64,000 nucleotides of DNA. It comes from Mobula hypostoma. Lineage: Eukaryota. Shown one piece after another: positions 25,598-38,250 of the stretch (position 1 is its first letter; each line of letters starts with the position of its first letter). The notes beneath the pieces were generated by a model. That model did no database searches. It was not told where the DNA came from and saw only the letters and a program-made list of their open reading frames with translations. The stretch is from NCBI RefSeq assembly GCF_963921235.1, contig NC_086109.1, forward strand, positions 21,020,001 through 21,084,000, in the 5' to 3' direction. The position numbers and the translations under genes are program-made.

Positions 25598-26155
25598 CCT
25601 GTCCCCTAAAACCCTCACTAATTTTCATAGATGCACCGTAGAAAGCATTCTTCTAGGGTGCATCACAACCTGGTATGGAAGTTGTACTGTCCAAGACTGG
25701 AAGAAGCTGCAGAAGATCGTGAACACAGCCCAGCACATCACACAAACCAATCTTCCGTCCTTGGACTCACTATACACCGCATGCTGCCGGGATAATCAAG
25801 GACATGACCCACCCAGCCAACACACTTTTTGTCCCTCTTCTCTCTGGGAGGAGGCTCAGGAGCTTGAAGACTCGTATGGCCAGATTTGGGAACAGCTCCT
25901 TTCCAACTGTGATAAGACCGCTGAACGGATCCTGACCCGGATCTGGGCCGTACCCTCCAAATATCCGGACCTGCCTCTCGGTTTTTTTGCACTACCTTTC
26001 TTTCCCTTTTCTGTTTTCTATTTATGATTTATAATTTAAATTTTTACTATTTACTATTGATTTGTACTCCAGGGAGCGCGAAGCACAGAATCAAGTATCG
26101 CTGTGATGATTGTATGCTCTAGTATCAATTGTTTAGCAACAATAAAGTAAACTAA
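25598..26155 (+). mobile_element. Rex1/Babar LINE 3' fragment
   Basis: Near-identical to the reverse complement of 49180-49750. Ends ~40 bp from the exon 3 donor. Confidence 0.85.
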
Positions 26156-26193
26156 AGCACCTAAGCCCAAGACGTTACGGTCCCATAGCTCAC

Positions 26194-26520
26194 CATCTGC
26201 TTAAAGGCGCTTTCTATTGCACCAATGACCAGGTACTCGTGCGAGATTTCCTTCTCCAGCTGGAACCGTGATTCACTGTCAGTGGGAGGTTCCCAGTCCC
26301 CCTGATGTTCTAGACTCTTTGTGCCGTCTGCCGTTACCGTCTCCGGGTCATTGGAAAGACAGATTGGTGGTGGTACGTCACGGTCTTGCAGGATGTCGAC
26401 AATGTCGCGCAGCTGTTCACAGATGTGGAGGTGGAGCCGTCTCGAGGCCATGACAGCAGCACCGGTGCCCGCATGGCCATCAAACAACGCCCAGTAGTGG
26501 AACGCAATTTCACTGCCTCC
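26194..26520 (-). CDS. PPM1J: PPM1J-like coding exon 3 (327 bp)
   Basis: Acceptor tctcccccag|GGA. Encodes HYWALFDGHAG (PP2C DGH motif)...KEISHEYLVIGAIESAFKQM. Donor ATG|gtgagc. Confidence 0.92.
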
Positions 26521-26829
26521 CTGGGGGAGAAAAACAATCAGAGAAACAGAACAATTTCCGCTATATGGCAAAGGTTCCAATCCTCTAGGTTTGCATCTAG
26601 GATCTCAACCAATGCCAACAAGTGACACGGACACTCAACTCACTCTCAGAGTTTATGGCGTTCCCACTGCTTCACAGAACATATAGTTCAGACAATGCTT
26701 CTTTGCTCACAAGCTGCTCTGCACAATTCAGGGGTCATGACTTCTGGATGTTTTTGTTGCTTTTTATTCTCGGTTATTAAAATCAGGGAACTCAAAGGAG
26801 GATGAAAAACCTGCATTCTGGTGAGATCT

Positions 26830-27160
26830 TTCATAATCTTAAAACCTCACAAAGCACTTGACAACCAATTAAGTAAATTCTGAAAGGAGGTTATTATCAT
26901 GCAGGATGTACTGCAGCCAATTTATGCACTTCTAATTTCTCGAAATAATGTCTAGTTTTTTTTTGTTTGTGGCAATGACAGGTAGATAATGGGCAGAGCG
27001 CTAGAGAGAGAGTGTTCTTCAACGCAGCACTGTGCGATATTTTACATCCACCAGATAACAGATGGAATCTGGGTTTAACATTACAATCAAAAGACTGCAT
27101 GCGAAGACACCTAAATTATGGTCTCATGACCAGGACTAGGCGACAAATGCATGAATTTCT
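26830..27160 (-). mobile_element. Ancient Deu-domain (AmnSINE/SacSINE-like) SINE remnant
   Basis: ttttacatccaccagataacagatggaatctgggtttaacatt resembles the reverse complement of the Deu domain (from recall). Confidence 0.5.
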
Positions 27161-28224
27161 ATTCCTATCTGACGAAACTTGACAGGGTGTTCTAAATGGC
27201 ATTAGGTCTTACAGAGATCTGATCCCTGGCATTGTCTGTTTCTCTTCTGTCGTCTATATTATTGTATTGTGATCACTGGGGTTCTCTGTATGACTGGGTA
27301 TTAGGGGGAACTTCGTGAAATAAACTATTCAGCCTCGAATGGAGGTCCCAGAGAATCAAATTGTTTGTAAGGTAGGAATATAAGATACAATGGATAAGAC
27401 AAAAATGACTTTTAAATCAGCAACATCTACCACTGAGAGGCACAAGGACTGCAAGCACTTGGGAATAGCATCATCTGTAAGTTAAATACCTTCCTGATTT
27501 GGAAAGATGTCTGGTCTGTCTATTATACAGTCTGAGTTCCCAATCTCACTGCTGTTGGATTAGGGTTTGAATTTTTAATTTTCTTTATATTTGCTGATAT
27601 GTAAGTATAATCACTTGTTTGTATGTAAATATTCAGTGGAGTTTTAGTAATTTGTGGTATAGCTGGTTCTGTGGCTTTTTATAGTTTTTTTGTCTGGAGT
27701 TGGTGTCACACGAGTGTAAGTCAAACTGTCTCAGAGGTGGTTCTCATCAAAATAATTTCTCTCATCTATAATGAGCTATTTTTCAGTATAAAGGCAAACA
27801 TGATGCAAGATTTTTTTCGCCTTTGTTCAGTTTTTTCTTTGTTCTTTTGCACTTCTTGCAGAACGAGTTGGTTACTGTCATTTCCTTGTGATGAACATCA
27901 AATAAAATGGCTGTAACCACAAGACTTATGCTTCATTCTTGACTTCTGAAGGACCTTCTGGACAGCAGCTTCTCCAGGTCCAACAGTGCCAAACAACAGG
28001 GTGATTCACCAGGACAGAGGCAGAACAAGGCGGCAGCTGACCGCCGGCTCAAAGGACGGGAAATATAACTTGGCTTTACCAGCCACATCCACATCATGGG
28101 ATTAATTAAACTGAAGCGGACAACCGGTTCAGGGTCAAGGAGCTAAACTGGTAGGAGGCAAATCAAAAGACCCAATGACAATTGAAATGTCTTGATTTGC
28201 TGGAATAAGTAATAGATTCAGTTG

Positions 28225-28490
28225 AGATTATTTATTTATTTATTTATTGAGATACAGCACCGAATGGGCCCCTTCTAGCTCTTCGAGCCACGGTTCCCAG
28301 CAGCCCCCTCCCCCCAATTTAATCAGGGGACAATTTACAATGACCAATTAACCTACCTACATCTTTGGACTGTGGGAGAAAACTGGAGCACCCGGAGGAA
28401 ACCCACGTGGTCACGGGGAGAACGTACAGACTCCTTACAGGCAGCAGTGGGAAATGCTTTAGGGATTTGTTGGAGAACTGGAATGAAAAG
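28225..28490 (-). mobile_element. V-SINE
   Basis: Reverse complement of the V domain (tctttggactgtgggagaaaactggagcacccggaggaaaccc) and a (ttta)n tail. Confidence 0.75.
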
Positions 28491-28546
28491 TAGGGGACTG
28501 AAGAACCAGACTGGATGGTATAGCACCATTCAACACCATCATTTAC

Positions 28547-28670
28547 CTTGTCACCATTTTCATTGATCGCCTTGGCTCCTGTGCGGTTCTTCGGATTCCT
28601 ACTCTCCACAACTACTACTTCACGGGTAGCTTGATCTTCATTGAGGGGACTTTTTCCTGCGTTAATCACC
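28547..28670 (-). CDS. PPM1J: PPM1J-like coding exon 2 (124 bp)
   Basis: Acceptor ttctacag|G completes GAG(E), then VINAGKSPLNEDQATREVVVVESR...NGDK. Donor AAG|gtaaat, phase 0. Confidence 0.88.
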
Positions 28671-28704
28671 CTGTAGAACAGAACAATACAGGAGCCGTTA
28701 CCAT

Positions 28705-29190
28705 GGCCATAAGACATAGGCAGAATTAGGTTATTCGGCCCATGGAGTCTGTTATCTATTATCACTGATTTATTATTCCTCTCAATCCCATTCTCCTTCC
28801 CTCTCCCCGTAACCTTTATTGCCCTTACTAATCAAGAGCCTATCAACTTCCTTTTTAATTATACCCAACAAATTGGCTTCCACAGCCTTCTGTGGCAATG
28901 AATTCCAGATTGATAACCCTCTGGCTAAAGAAATTCCTCATCTCTGTTCTAAAGGGACATTGCCCTATTCTGAGGCAGTGCCCTCTGGTCTTGGACTCCC
29001 TCACTACAGCAAGCATCCTTTCCATATCCATTTTTTCTGGGGTTTTCAATATACAATAATTTTCAGTGTGATCCCCCCTCATTCTTCCAAACTCCAGCGA
29101 GTACAGTACAGGCCCAGAGCCATCAAAGCTCTTCATACATTGACCCTTTCATTCCCGAGATAATTCTTGTGAACTTCCTGTAGGCCCTCT
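28705..29190 (-). mobile_element. CR1 3' fragment
   Basis: LYSLEFGRMRGD...TRGH..RI...FRTEMRNFFSQRVINL. Confidence 0.8.
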
Positions 29191-30739
29191 GGTGGTTGTG
29201 GCATTCAGTTCACAGTGACTGAGTAGTCCCTGTAGAAGAGAATATATACAAAACCGCTGGTAGATTTGACAAACAGATTAGCCTGAAGCAATTTAATGAC
29301 AAAACGGGTTTGAGAGCCTGATTTCTGATGGAGCAAACTTTACCCTTCATCTGAGCTATTATTCCCAGCAAAGAAATGGGAATGATTACAATAGCCAATT
29401 GGCTGCCATGTCTCCTACTTTATAACAGTGGTCATACTTCAAAAGTTTATTTTATTGGATATGAGATGTACTATGACATTCTATAAGTGCAAGTTATTTC
29501 TATCTCAATGAAACGTTAATTAATTGCTTTTCTTAAAAACAGATGGGCTTTCATAAACTTTAGTAGTTGATGTTTTTAATCTTATCGACAATGTTGCATG
29601 AGCAAACATGTCTTGTAGATAAGTTTATTCATACTGGTATCTAAAGGAAGAGCTTGCTCACGCATATCCTGGTCAAAATTAGAAAAGGGCTGCTTGAGCT
29701 CAAGTCATTTTCTTGTGCTGCAGTTCTGAACTTCTGACACTAAAGTTTTAATCCATCAGCCATTTAAAAAGATGCATTTATTATGATATATATATATATA
29801 TATATATTCAGTGATTGAAAGTCACTACTGAATGTGCTTCCATCTTTCAGGCAGAACTAGACCAGATCTGAACATCTCTTTGCACAGAATATGCGCCCCA
29901 TTTCCAGCTCCAGTGCTTTTGCCAATTTCTTTAAGTCTGGCATGAGGTCACTGATTTGTTTGGCAGTGGGAACACATTTTCCATTCTATTCTATCAAAGG
30001 TTGGCATCTCTCAGTGCAGCACTGGTGGACCGGTCTAGATTTTGTGCTTAGGTCCTAGGCAGGGACTCTAAAGCAAAGAGAGCTGCAGAAAGCAAAGAAA
30101 AAAAGGAAAGAATGAAAACCAAAGAACAAGACGGTGGAAGGTGGAAATTGAAAAGAAAGAGACACATCCACAGACAATACCCAAGTACACCAAAAGGAAA
30201 TTTGCAAAGGAAATGTTTGTGACCTTCAGGCTTTCTGGCTCTTCTCTGCTTCTGCAAGAAGTCTTGTCACCCAACATTAGTGTGGTTAGAGTTCAGTACT
30301 CAGGCCTCACGCTTACTGGAGGGTTTGCTATCAATGTCGAGAGGAAGCCCCTATCTTTAAAAGTAAAACACAGAAGAGGAAACTAATCATTATTAGTTAC
30401 TGTCAATAAATTTTCTTTCCTCACCGTTAACAGGTTTCACGCAGCAAAGGAAGGAACAGAATAACAGAGACAGAATGTTGCGTCCTGCCTTTGGTACTAG
30501 AAAATGACAAGTGTGGCACCATGAAGCAAGGGGAAGGAGGCCAGCTTGACGCCATCATTTCTTCCCCGTCCCACGACCCCATCTTCATGCTGTTTTGTAT
30601 TCAATAAAGGAAATCAGGTTTGAAGGATTTATGGCAAGCTGCCAGTACCAGCAAGTTATAAGAAAGCATCCTGACATCATTCCACTATCTTCAGCTCATA
30701 ACAACTAAAAATAAAAGTGCTAGAAATATTCAGTAGACA

Positions 30740-31085
30740 GATAGCTAGATAGATATGTTATTGATCCCAAAGTGTCATAGTAGCATAACAAGTGCACAGA
30801 TAATTACAAATGTTAGAAGAGAAGTAAGAAAGAATAAAACAAATAAGTTACCTCAAACAGTCTAACAGGAAGGGTCATCACTTCCCTGGCTATAGGTTGA
30901 CTCATTATAGAGCCTAAGGTCTGAGGGTAAGAATGACCTCATATAGCACTCTTTGGAGCAACAAAGTTGTCTTAGTCTATTACTAAAAGTGCTCCTCTGT
31001 TCAGCCAAGGTGGCTTGCAGAGGGTGAGAGACATTGCCCAGATTTGACAGGATTTTCCGTAGGGTCCTTTGTTCTACATCAGGCG
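30740..31085 (-). mobile_element. Rex1/Babar 3' fragment
   Basis: SHPL..TL...RSTFSNRLRQL..SKE.YMRSFLP...RLYN. Confidence 0.7.
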
Positions 31086-32234
31086 TAATTTGCAAAGAGA
31101 GAAATGCATTGTTGATACTTCATGTCACTGATCACCCTATTGCAATCCCACCAAAAAACATACGTTTCATCTCTCGGTTAGGATGAAGACTCAGAGATCT
31201 GAAATGTTTACTGTTTCTCTCTCCTCATTAGCTGCTTGACCATTCCATATTCCCAGGACATGCTGGTTATTTGGATTTTCAGTATTTGCAATATTTTGCT
31301 TTGGTAGTTTAAATTTAATTTTAAAAACTTAAGAAGAAAAGTTTATATTCTGTTCCATTTTGCTTCTGTCAAATTTTTCATCCTGTACAAACCACGACAG
31401 CCCACAGGTTCTAGAATATGGAACAAAAAAAAATTGCTGGAGGGACTCAGCAGCTCAAGCAGTGTCTGTGGAGCGAAGTGCACTGTTAATGTTTTGGGTC
31501 AAGACCCTTCATCAGAACTATTTCATCTAATCAAAATATTGTATGCTTTGGGTATGCATGGTCTTACCAGCCAGTCTGTGTTTTCTTGCTTATTGTTCCA
31601 TCTCTCTGTCTCTATTTCAGTTTGGTTTTTACCTTTTTTGATGCATCCCTGATATTGGAAAGGTTGTTTTTTTTTAACCTTGTGCTGTTTTTATCATAAC
31701 CCACAATTAATGCTATTTTAAACATGCATGATATTGCAAGTTATTCTACAGAAGCACAGGAAGTGGAAAGTTAACACTGTGGGTTTAGATACTAGGTAAA
31801 AAGGTTGCATTTAAAGTTGAATCATAGGAGCTAGGAGTATGAAATCCTGAGACAAAAGCATCAACGATGGATGGAATAATCACCAAGGGAACAAGAGATC
31901 ACAGTTGTATATAGTGTCCCCCAGAGTTAGGTTTCCCTATGAAAAGAAAGGGTTTCTTTTAGCAACACTATTGAATCACATTATATCACTCCTTGAGCAT
32001 CTAAACATAGTAGGATAGAAAACCAGGACACACCTTTGGGCACCTCCAGAGGCATTGATCCACAAATGGAATAGGACTCATTGCAGGAGATTTATCTGTC
32101 TAAACGTGGACGGATTGGGCTGGAAGCAGGCAAAGATTCCTCACCAGGACATGAGCTGGTGGCGGAATCATGTCATCGGTGGTTCAAGAATGATGAAGTA
32201 GTTCACTCGTCATGATCACATAAAGAGTCTACAT

Positions 32235-32640
32235 AAAGTTTAGAAGAATGGTTGCGGGGGGGAACTCATTGACACTTATCGAATATTGGAAGGCCTAGAT
32301 AGCGTGGACAATGAGAAGATGATTCATTGTAATGGGGAAGTCTAGGACTAGAGGGCCCAGTCTGAGAATAGAAGGACATTCCTTTGGAACAGATAGGAGA
32401 ATTTTCTTTAGAAAGAGGGTAGTGATTCTATGGAATTCATTGCCACAGACAGCTGAGTAGATCAAATCAGTAATTATAATTAAAGTGGAGTTTGATAGGT
32501 ACTCAATTAGTAAGGGAATCAAAGGCTATGAAGAGAAGACAGCAGAATGGGGTAGAGAGGGATAATAAATCAGCCACGATGCAATGGCAGAGCAGACCCA
32601 ATGTGCCGAATAGCCTAATACTGCTCCTATGTCTTAGGCG
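32235..32640 (+). mobile_element. CR1 3' fragment
   Basis: aagtttagaagaatg...ctaggactagagggcc...ggaattcattgccacag, with the CR1 3' UTR. Confidence 0.75.
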
Positions 32641-34884
32641 TTTAATTATGGCTCTTTCAGAGTTAAAACTTGACAGGTGGATTTTAAAAATCCAGTTGCA
32701 CGAAGCATGGGATGCATTTGGGAGGAGCTGGCATATTCAAGGACACTGGAGGAGAGGAAGTTTGGGCAACAAGAGGTTAAGCTTCAACACACGGGAATTG
32801 CGGCTTGCTGACTGAAAATGACATTTGTGGTGATGCACGTGTTGGGAAATCGTAAATTGCAGCAGTCCTCTCTTCCTTCAGGCTTGCACTCTGCTCGTAA
32901 TTTACCGGCTTCATTAAATGCTTTACTCTGAGCGACCTGATTAGTGCTTACAGGTTTCACCACAACTTTTCACCTTGCCCTGTGAACACTAACCATGCCC
33001 TGGGCCAGACCAGTGTCCCTAAGAAGTGCATGGCAGACAGCATTACAGAGACAGAGTGCAGGGAAGTCACATACCCACTTGTAACAGACCATTTCAATCT
33101 GCACCAACTCACATCAACACCACAGCTGAATGATTTTAAAAATAGTACGAATCTGGCTGGAAGTTCATGCAAAATACAGTAGCTCTATGCAAAACTATTG
33201 GTATTTATCACAGAAGCCCGAGGCTAGTTGTTTGTTCTGCATTGGGAGTTTCTTGACAGCACTGCAACTTTGGTTTCACAGAGACTAGAATTAGGGCACA
33301 CATTTGACGCTATTCCACCACACAATCTACTTACCGAACCTCTTAGGCACAGAAAACCCATTTAATGCAATTGAGGGAAAATAGCTGTGATAGAGTTGGG
33401 CAAAAATTGAAACTTTTGAATAGATTGATTTGAATATTTGTTTAATTTAGTTTAGCTTTAAAATTTTTTAAAAAATAGTTGATTGATTAACGTCATAGTT
33501 TACACCAGCACAGAAACAGGCCATTCAGCCCATTGAGTCCATGCTGGCATGGCCTTTTCTCTAGTCCCATTTACTTGTACCCAGACACAGACTTTTTCTT
33601 CCCCCCAAAACTTTTGTGTGGTTCTAAATTCAGAAGCATTAAAAGCACTCGATAGGCTTGACAGCTGCAAAAACGAGTAGAACTCATTAGCCAGCTGTCA
33701 AAGTGCTTTTGACAGGAGCTTGTGGATGGGGGTCATTCAGCTTCACCCACATGCTACCCTTGCCTGTATTTCTACTTGCTGGAAACAAGAAGTCCAGAGT
33801 TATAGAGCAATACAGCACAGAAACAGGCCCTTTGATTTATCTGGCCTTTGGCGAACCACAGCAACCCATATCCCCCCCCATACATGCACTTATCCAAACT
33901 TCTCTTAAATGTTGAAATCAAACCACTTCCGCTGGCAGTGCACTCCAAATTCTCACCGCCCTCTGAGTGAAGAATTTCCCTTTCATGTTCCCTTTAAGCA
34001 TTTCACCTTTCACACTTAACACATGACCTCCAGTTCTAGTCTCACCCACTCTGAATAGAAGAAGCTTGCATTTACCCAATCTACAACCCTCATAATTTTG
34101 TATACCTCTATCAAATCACCCGTCATTTCCTACACTCTAGGAAGTAGAGTCCTAACCCAGTCAACCTTTCCCTATAACTCAGGTCCTCGGGCCCTGGCAC
34201 CATCCTTGCAAAATTTTTTTTGGCACTTTTTTCAATTCTGCTGCATTTCACTTACCAGTATTTCTGGGAGCTTGTTTAACACAAAACTGACTTCTGCTTT
34301 ACAAGGGGGCCCATAATTCAGAAAAATAGTCCACTGACAGCAGTGCACTATAGGTCTTCCTGAAGTTTTGATGAGCTGGGAAGAAATACTGTGGTATATT
34401 GGAAATAGCCAGCACCAGCAACAAAGGGTCAGTGTAAATCAAACTTGATTTAATTGACTTTTCCATGAATGAATAGGAAGTGAAGCATGCTTGCACACTG
34501 GAAACTGAAACAGAAAAATAAGAATTGGAAAATGGAGAAGTTTTTGGTTCTCAGTTCAGTATTTTTACTTTATCTGGATATTACACATCAGCAAATAAAT
34601 TATTCATCAGTTTTGCTTAAGGTACCCGGCCACTATGAATTATCACTCGTGTGTAGGTGAATGGTAGAATCCAGAGGGAGTTAATGAAAATGTAGAGGAA
34701 ATAAAACGTGGGATTGATAGCAGGTTAGTGTAATTGAGTGGTAATGGTCAGCATTGATCCGGTGGGCTAATGGCCTGTTTCTGTGCTGTTTCGTTCTATG
34801 ACCGTGCAATTTTATGGAGAAAACAATGAGTTTAGGATTCTAGACAGGTAAAGATATAATACTGACCATTAAAGCTACCTTTTG

Positions 34885-35652
34885 AATTTAAAGCAACACA
34901 CACAAAATGATGGAGGAACTCAGCAGGTCGGGCAGCATCTATGGAAATGAATAAACAGTTGATGTTTCCGCATCAGGACCGGAAAGGAAGAGGGACGATG
35001 CCAGAATAAAAAGGTGGTGGTGGTGGTGGGGGGAGAGGAAGGAGGATAACTGAAGCCAAGTGGGTGGGAAAGGTCAAGAGCTGGAGAGGAAGGAATCTGA
35101 CAGGAGAGGAGAATAGACCAAAAGAGAAAGGGAAGGAGGAGGGGACCTGGGGTAAGTGAGAGGCAGGTGAGATGAGGAAAAAGGCCAGGCTGGGGAATAG
35201 AGGAGGAGGAGAGGGGGAATGAATTTTTTTTTACTGGAAGGAGAAATCGATATTCATGCTGTCAGGTTGGAGGCTACTCAAACAGGATACAAGGTATCAC
35301 TCACAACACGCTGGAGGAACTCAGCAGGTCGGGCAGCATCCGTGGAAAAGATCGGTCGACGTTTCGGGCCGGAACCCTTCGTCAGGACTGAAGAGGGAAG
35401 GGGCAGAGGCCCTATAAAGAAGGTGGGGGGAGGGTGGGAAGGAGAAGGCTGGTAGGTTCCGGTGAAAAACCAGTAAGGGGAAAGATAAAGGGGTGGGGGA
35501 GGGGAAGCAGGGAGGTGATAGCCTGGAAGGGTGAAGAAGGAATAGGGGAAAACACAATGGGTAGTAGAAGGAGGCGGAACCATGAGGGAGGTAACAGGCA
35601 GCTGGGGGAGGGGGCAGAGTGACATAGGGATAGGGGAAGGGAGGGGAGGGAA
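34885..35652 (-). mobile_element. Tandem Penelope-like pLTRs (older 34885-35297; young 35298-35652)
   Basis: Reverse complements of the two pLTR families seen at 9250 and 1023. Confidence 0.8.
35353..35390 (-). ncRNA. Minimal type I hammerhead ribozyme motif (sense to the host pre-mRNA)
   Basis: Minus strand reads CAGTC-CTGACGA-A-GGGT tccg GCCC-GAAA-CGTC-GACCG. Confidence 0.7.
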
Positions 35653-37329
35653 GGATCCTCTGCCTTGAGAGTGGCATGCTCTCAGATTATCCAGTTACTG
35701 TTTGTACCCCTAAACTTTCAGCTCATTCTGCCGAAATAAACCCCGCAGCAGCCAAGGCATAGAAATGGAAGACAAATCTAAGACTGGGTTATGCAGATTA
35801 GTGGTGATTGATTTCATTCTCAAGTATGTTTTTTAAAGTTGGAAGTGAACATCTGCACTAAAGGATTTCCAAACTCAAATCCACCCCACCACATATCTAC
35901 GATGAAGTTTGCCATGCCCATCAATGTGCCAGCCCGAACTTTGGTCAGTTCAGAAAACAGGCATTTGAAGACCAAAACCTCAGACTTGGAACAAAGTTCG
36001 TGTGTTGTGGAAAGTCTGCCCTCCGAGACCCTTCAGCAGCACGCGTTACTCTGGATTTCCAGCATCTGCAAAATCATCTCGCATTTATAATCTTCTACTC
36101 TTTTCCAAACCTTGTAATCAGAGGACCTTGCTAGGTGGACAGGAGAAATGGTTCAAGGATGTGCTCAAGGTTTCCTTGAAGAATTGCAACTTTCCCATTG
36201 ACTCCTGGTATCTCTGGTCTATGACCTTCAAGGTGCAGAAGCAACATTTCAGAAGGCACTTAGAACCTCAAGGCCATTCTTAGGTCCATTGTAAGCAATG
36301 GAATGAGAACCCCATCTAACAAGCTACCAATTTGTCTTGCCCCATCTGTGGAATAGCCCATATTGGTCTTATTAGCTCTCTCAGAACTACTAAAACCAGA
36401 CTGTAGCTAAGTCATCCTTAATGCCCAGGGACTGCCTAAGAAAAAGAAACAGTTTCAGCAAGCGATAATAAGATCCTAAGCTTCCTGGTCATCTGTTCCC
36501 AAACAGAGTTGAAGCATCTGATTATTAGCTGGGACTGGCATCTGCGTTATTTAAGTTTAAATGTGGCTGAGAAGAAGGGGGAAAAGAGCGAGGTAAAAGG
36601 AGAGAAATGAAAGAGGAGAGTGAGATAAAGAAACAAGGAAAATAAAGAGAATAAAGATTGAGAGAGAAAGAAATGTGGAGATAGAAGTAAAGAGAAAGTG
36701 GGTTAAGTTAGAGAGAGGATTACATCAGGGTTTTTTGCAATGATTACTAACACCCTTTGACAAGGAAAGACTAATATCCATGGACACATTGCTCTTCAGC
36801 TCCAGGAGACAAGAAATGAAACGTAAGTGAAGGCAATACTTCCGTCTCAGGAAAGTCCAAGAGTCGCAATCCAATGATTCTCTGCATTAAACATGATCTA
36901 CCAACTAAAAACACAGGTAGCTTGATAGGTTAACTGAATGTTGACCTGCCTTCACCTTGTGCTGTGCTTTCTGTACACAGAGCAAACCAGCCCTGCAGGT
37001 AATCACTGTGCCCCAGAAAAAAAAGGTTTTCAGTTGCACATGTAGCGACTGTTTAGATAATGACACTTTAAAAATAGTGCTGAGTTTTCTTTTATCCTTA
37101 ACTACAGCTTACATTCAACCAAAATTGACAGGGGCCTCAACCACATCGGTTCTATTTCCAGCACCTCTGCTTTCACCCCTCTCCTCCAACCCAGAGCACG
37201 GAAGGGGCCCCCTTTAACCTTGCCTTCCACACTTTCAGAAGAACACACTATTTGTATTTCTGATTATTTCTGACTAGTTTTCTTTTTTCTTCTTACTTTT
37301 TAAACTTACGTTATTTGTTGTTTTTTTTC

Positions 37330-38250
37330 ATGGTAACACGTTGAAGCTGCACCCTCTCTAACATGCTGGTGGAGAGAGTTTTATTTGGGTTTTTAGCGCT
37401 GGAAGTAGTTACATTCGGACATGCCTCATTAGCGGGGCAGCAGTATGGTCATACTGTTTATTCCAGGGACCAGCTGATTGCGCTTATGCCGGCCGGTTTA
37501 GGGAACAGAGCGGCGGACACCCCGGCTGAAATCTGGAGGAAAACACACAGAGGATGCAGAGGGGGATCAAAAAGGCGAGGAAAGAGGACCGTGTCGAGAC
37601 AACAGAGACTTATGGAGAAGAGGAGTTATAAGCCGTGACTTCCCTCTCTCATTATGGGCAATGTGAGATCGCTGGGTAATAAAATGGACGAGTTGACAGC
37701 ACTAGCCAGGAGTCAGAGAACATTTCGGGAGAGCAGTGATATGTGTTTTAATGAAACATGGCTGCACGAGGACATACCCAACCAAAATGTTTCCATGGAG
37801 GGCTTCCAGACCGTTTGGGCTGACCAGAAGTGCACTGAGAGAGGTAAGCGTAAAGGAGGAGGGCTTGCAGTTCTGGTTAACAACAGATAGTGCAATCCTG
37901 GTCATATTACGATCAAGGAACGTGTTTGTGGCCCGGATATTGAACCTTTTGCTGTTGGACTCCGGCCATATTCCATCGAGATGCAACACTGGGCGACATG
38001 GGAGGTTGTTCCTGCCTGTGGCCATCGAACTTTGCAGCTCCTCCCGTGGAGGGTCAGACACCCCGAGCCAATAGGCTAGTCCTGGACTTATTTCCATCTG
38101 GCATAGTTTTTCATATTGTTGTTTGATTGTTTGTGGTTTTGTATTGCTATATTTATGCTCTATTCTTGGTTGGTGCAGCTGTAACGAAACCCAATTTCCC
38201 TCGGGATCAATAAAGTACGTCTATCTATCTATCATTCTATCTATCTATCT
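37330..38250 (+). mobile_element. Internally deleted Rex1/Babar LINE (5' end + APE start joined to 3' end)
   Basis: MGNVRSLGNKMDEL...CFNETWL...GGGLAVLVN, then RCNT.RH...FLPVAI.L, 3' UTR and (ctat)n tail. Confidence 0.8.
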
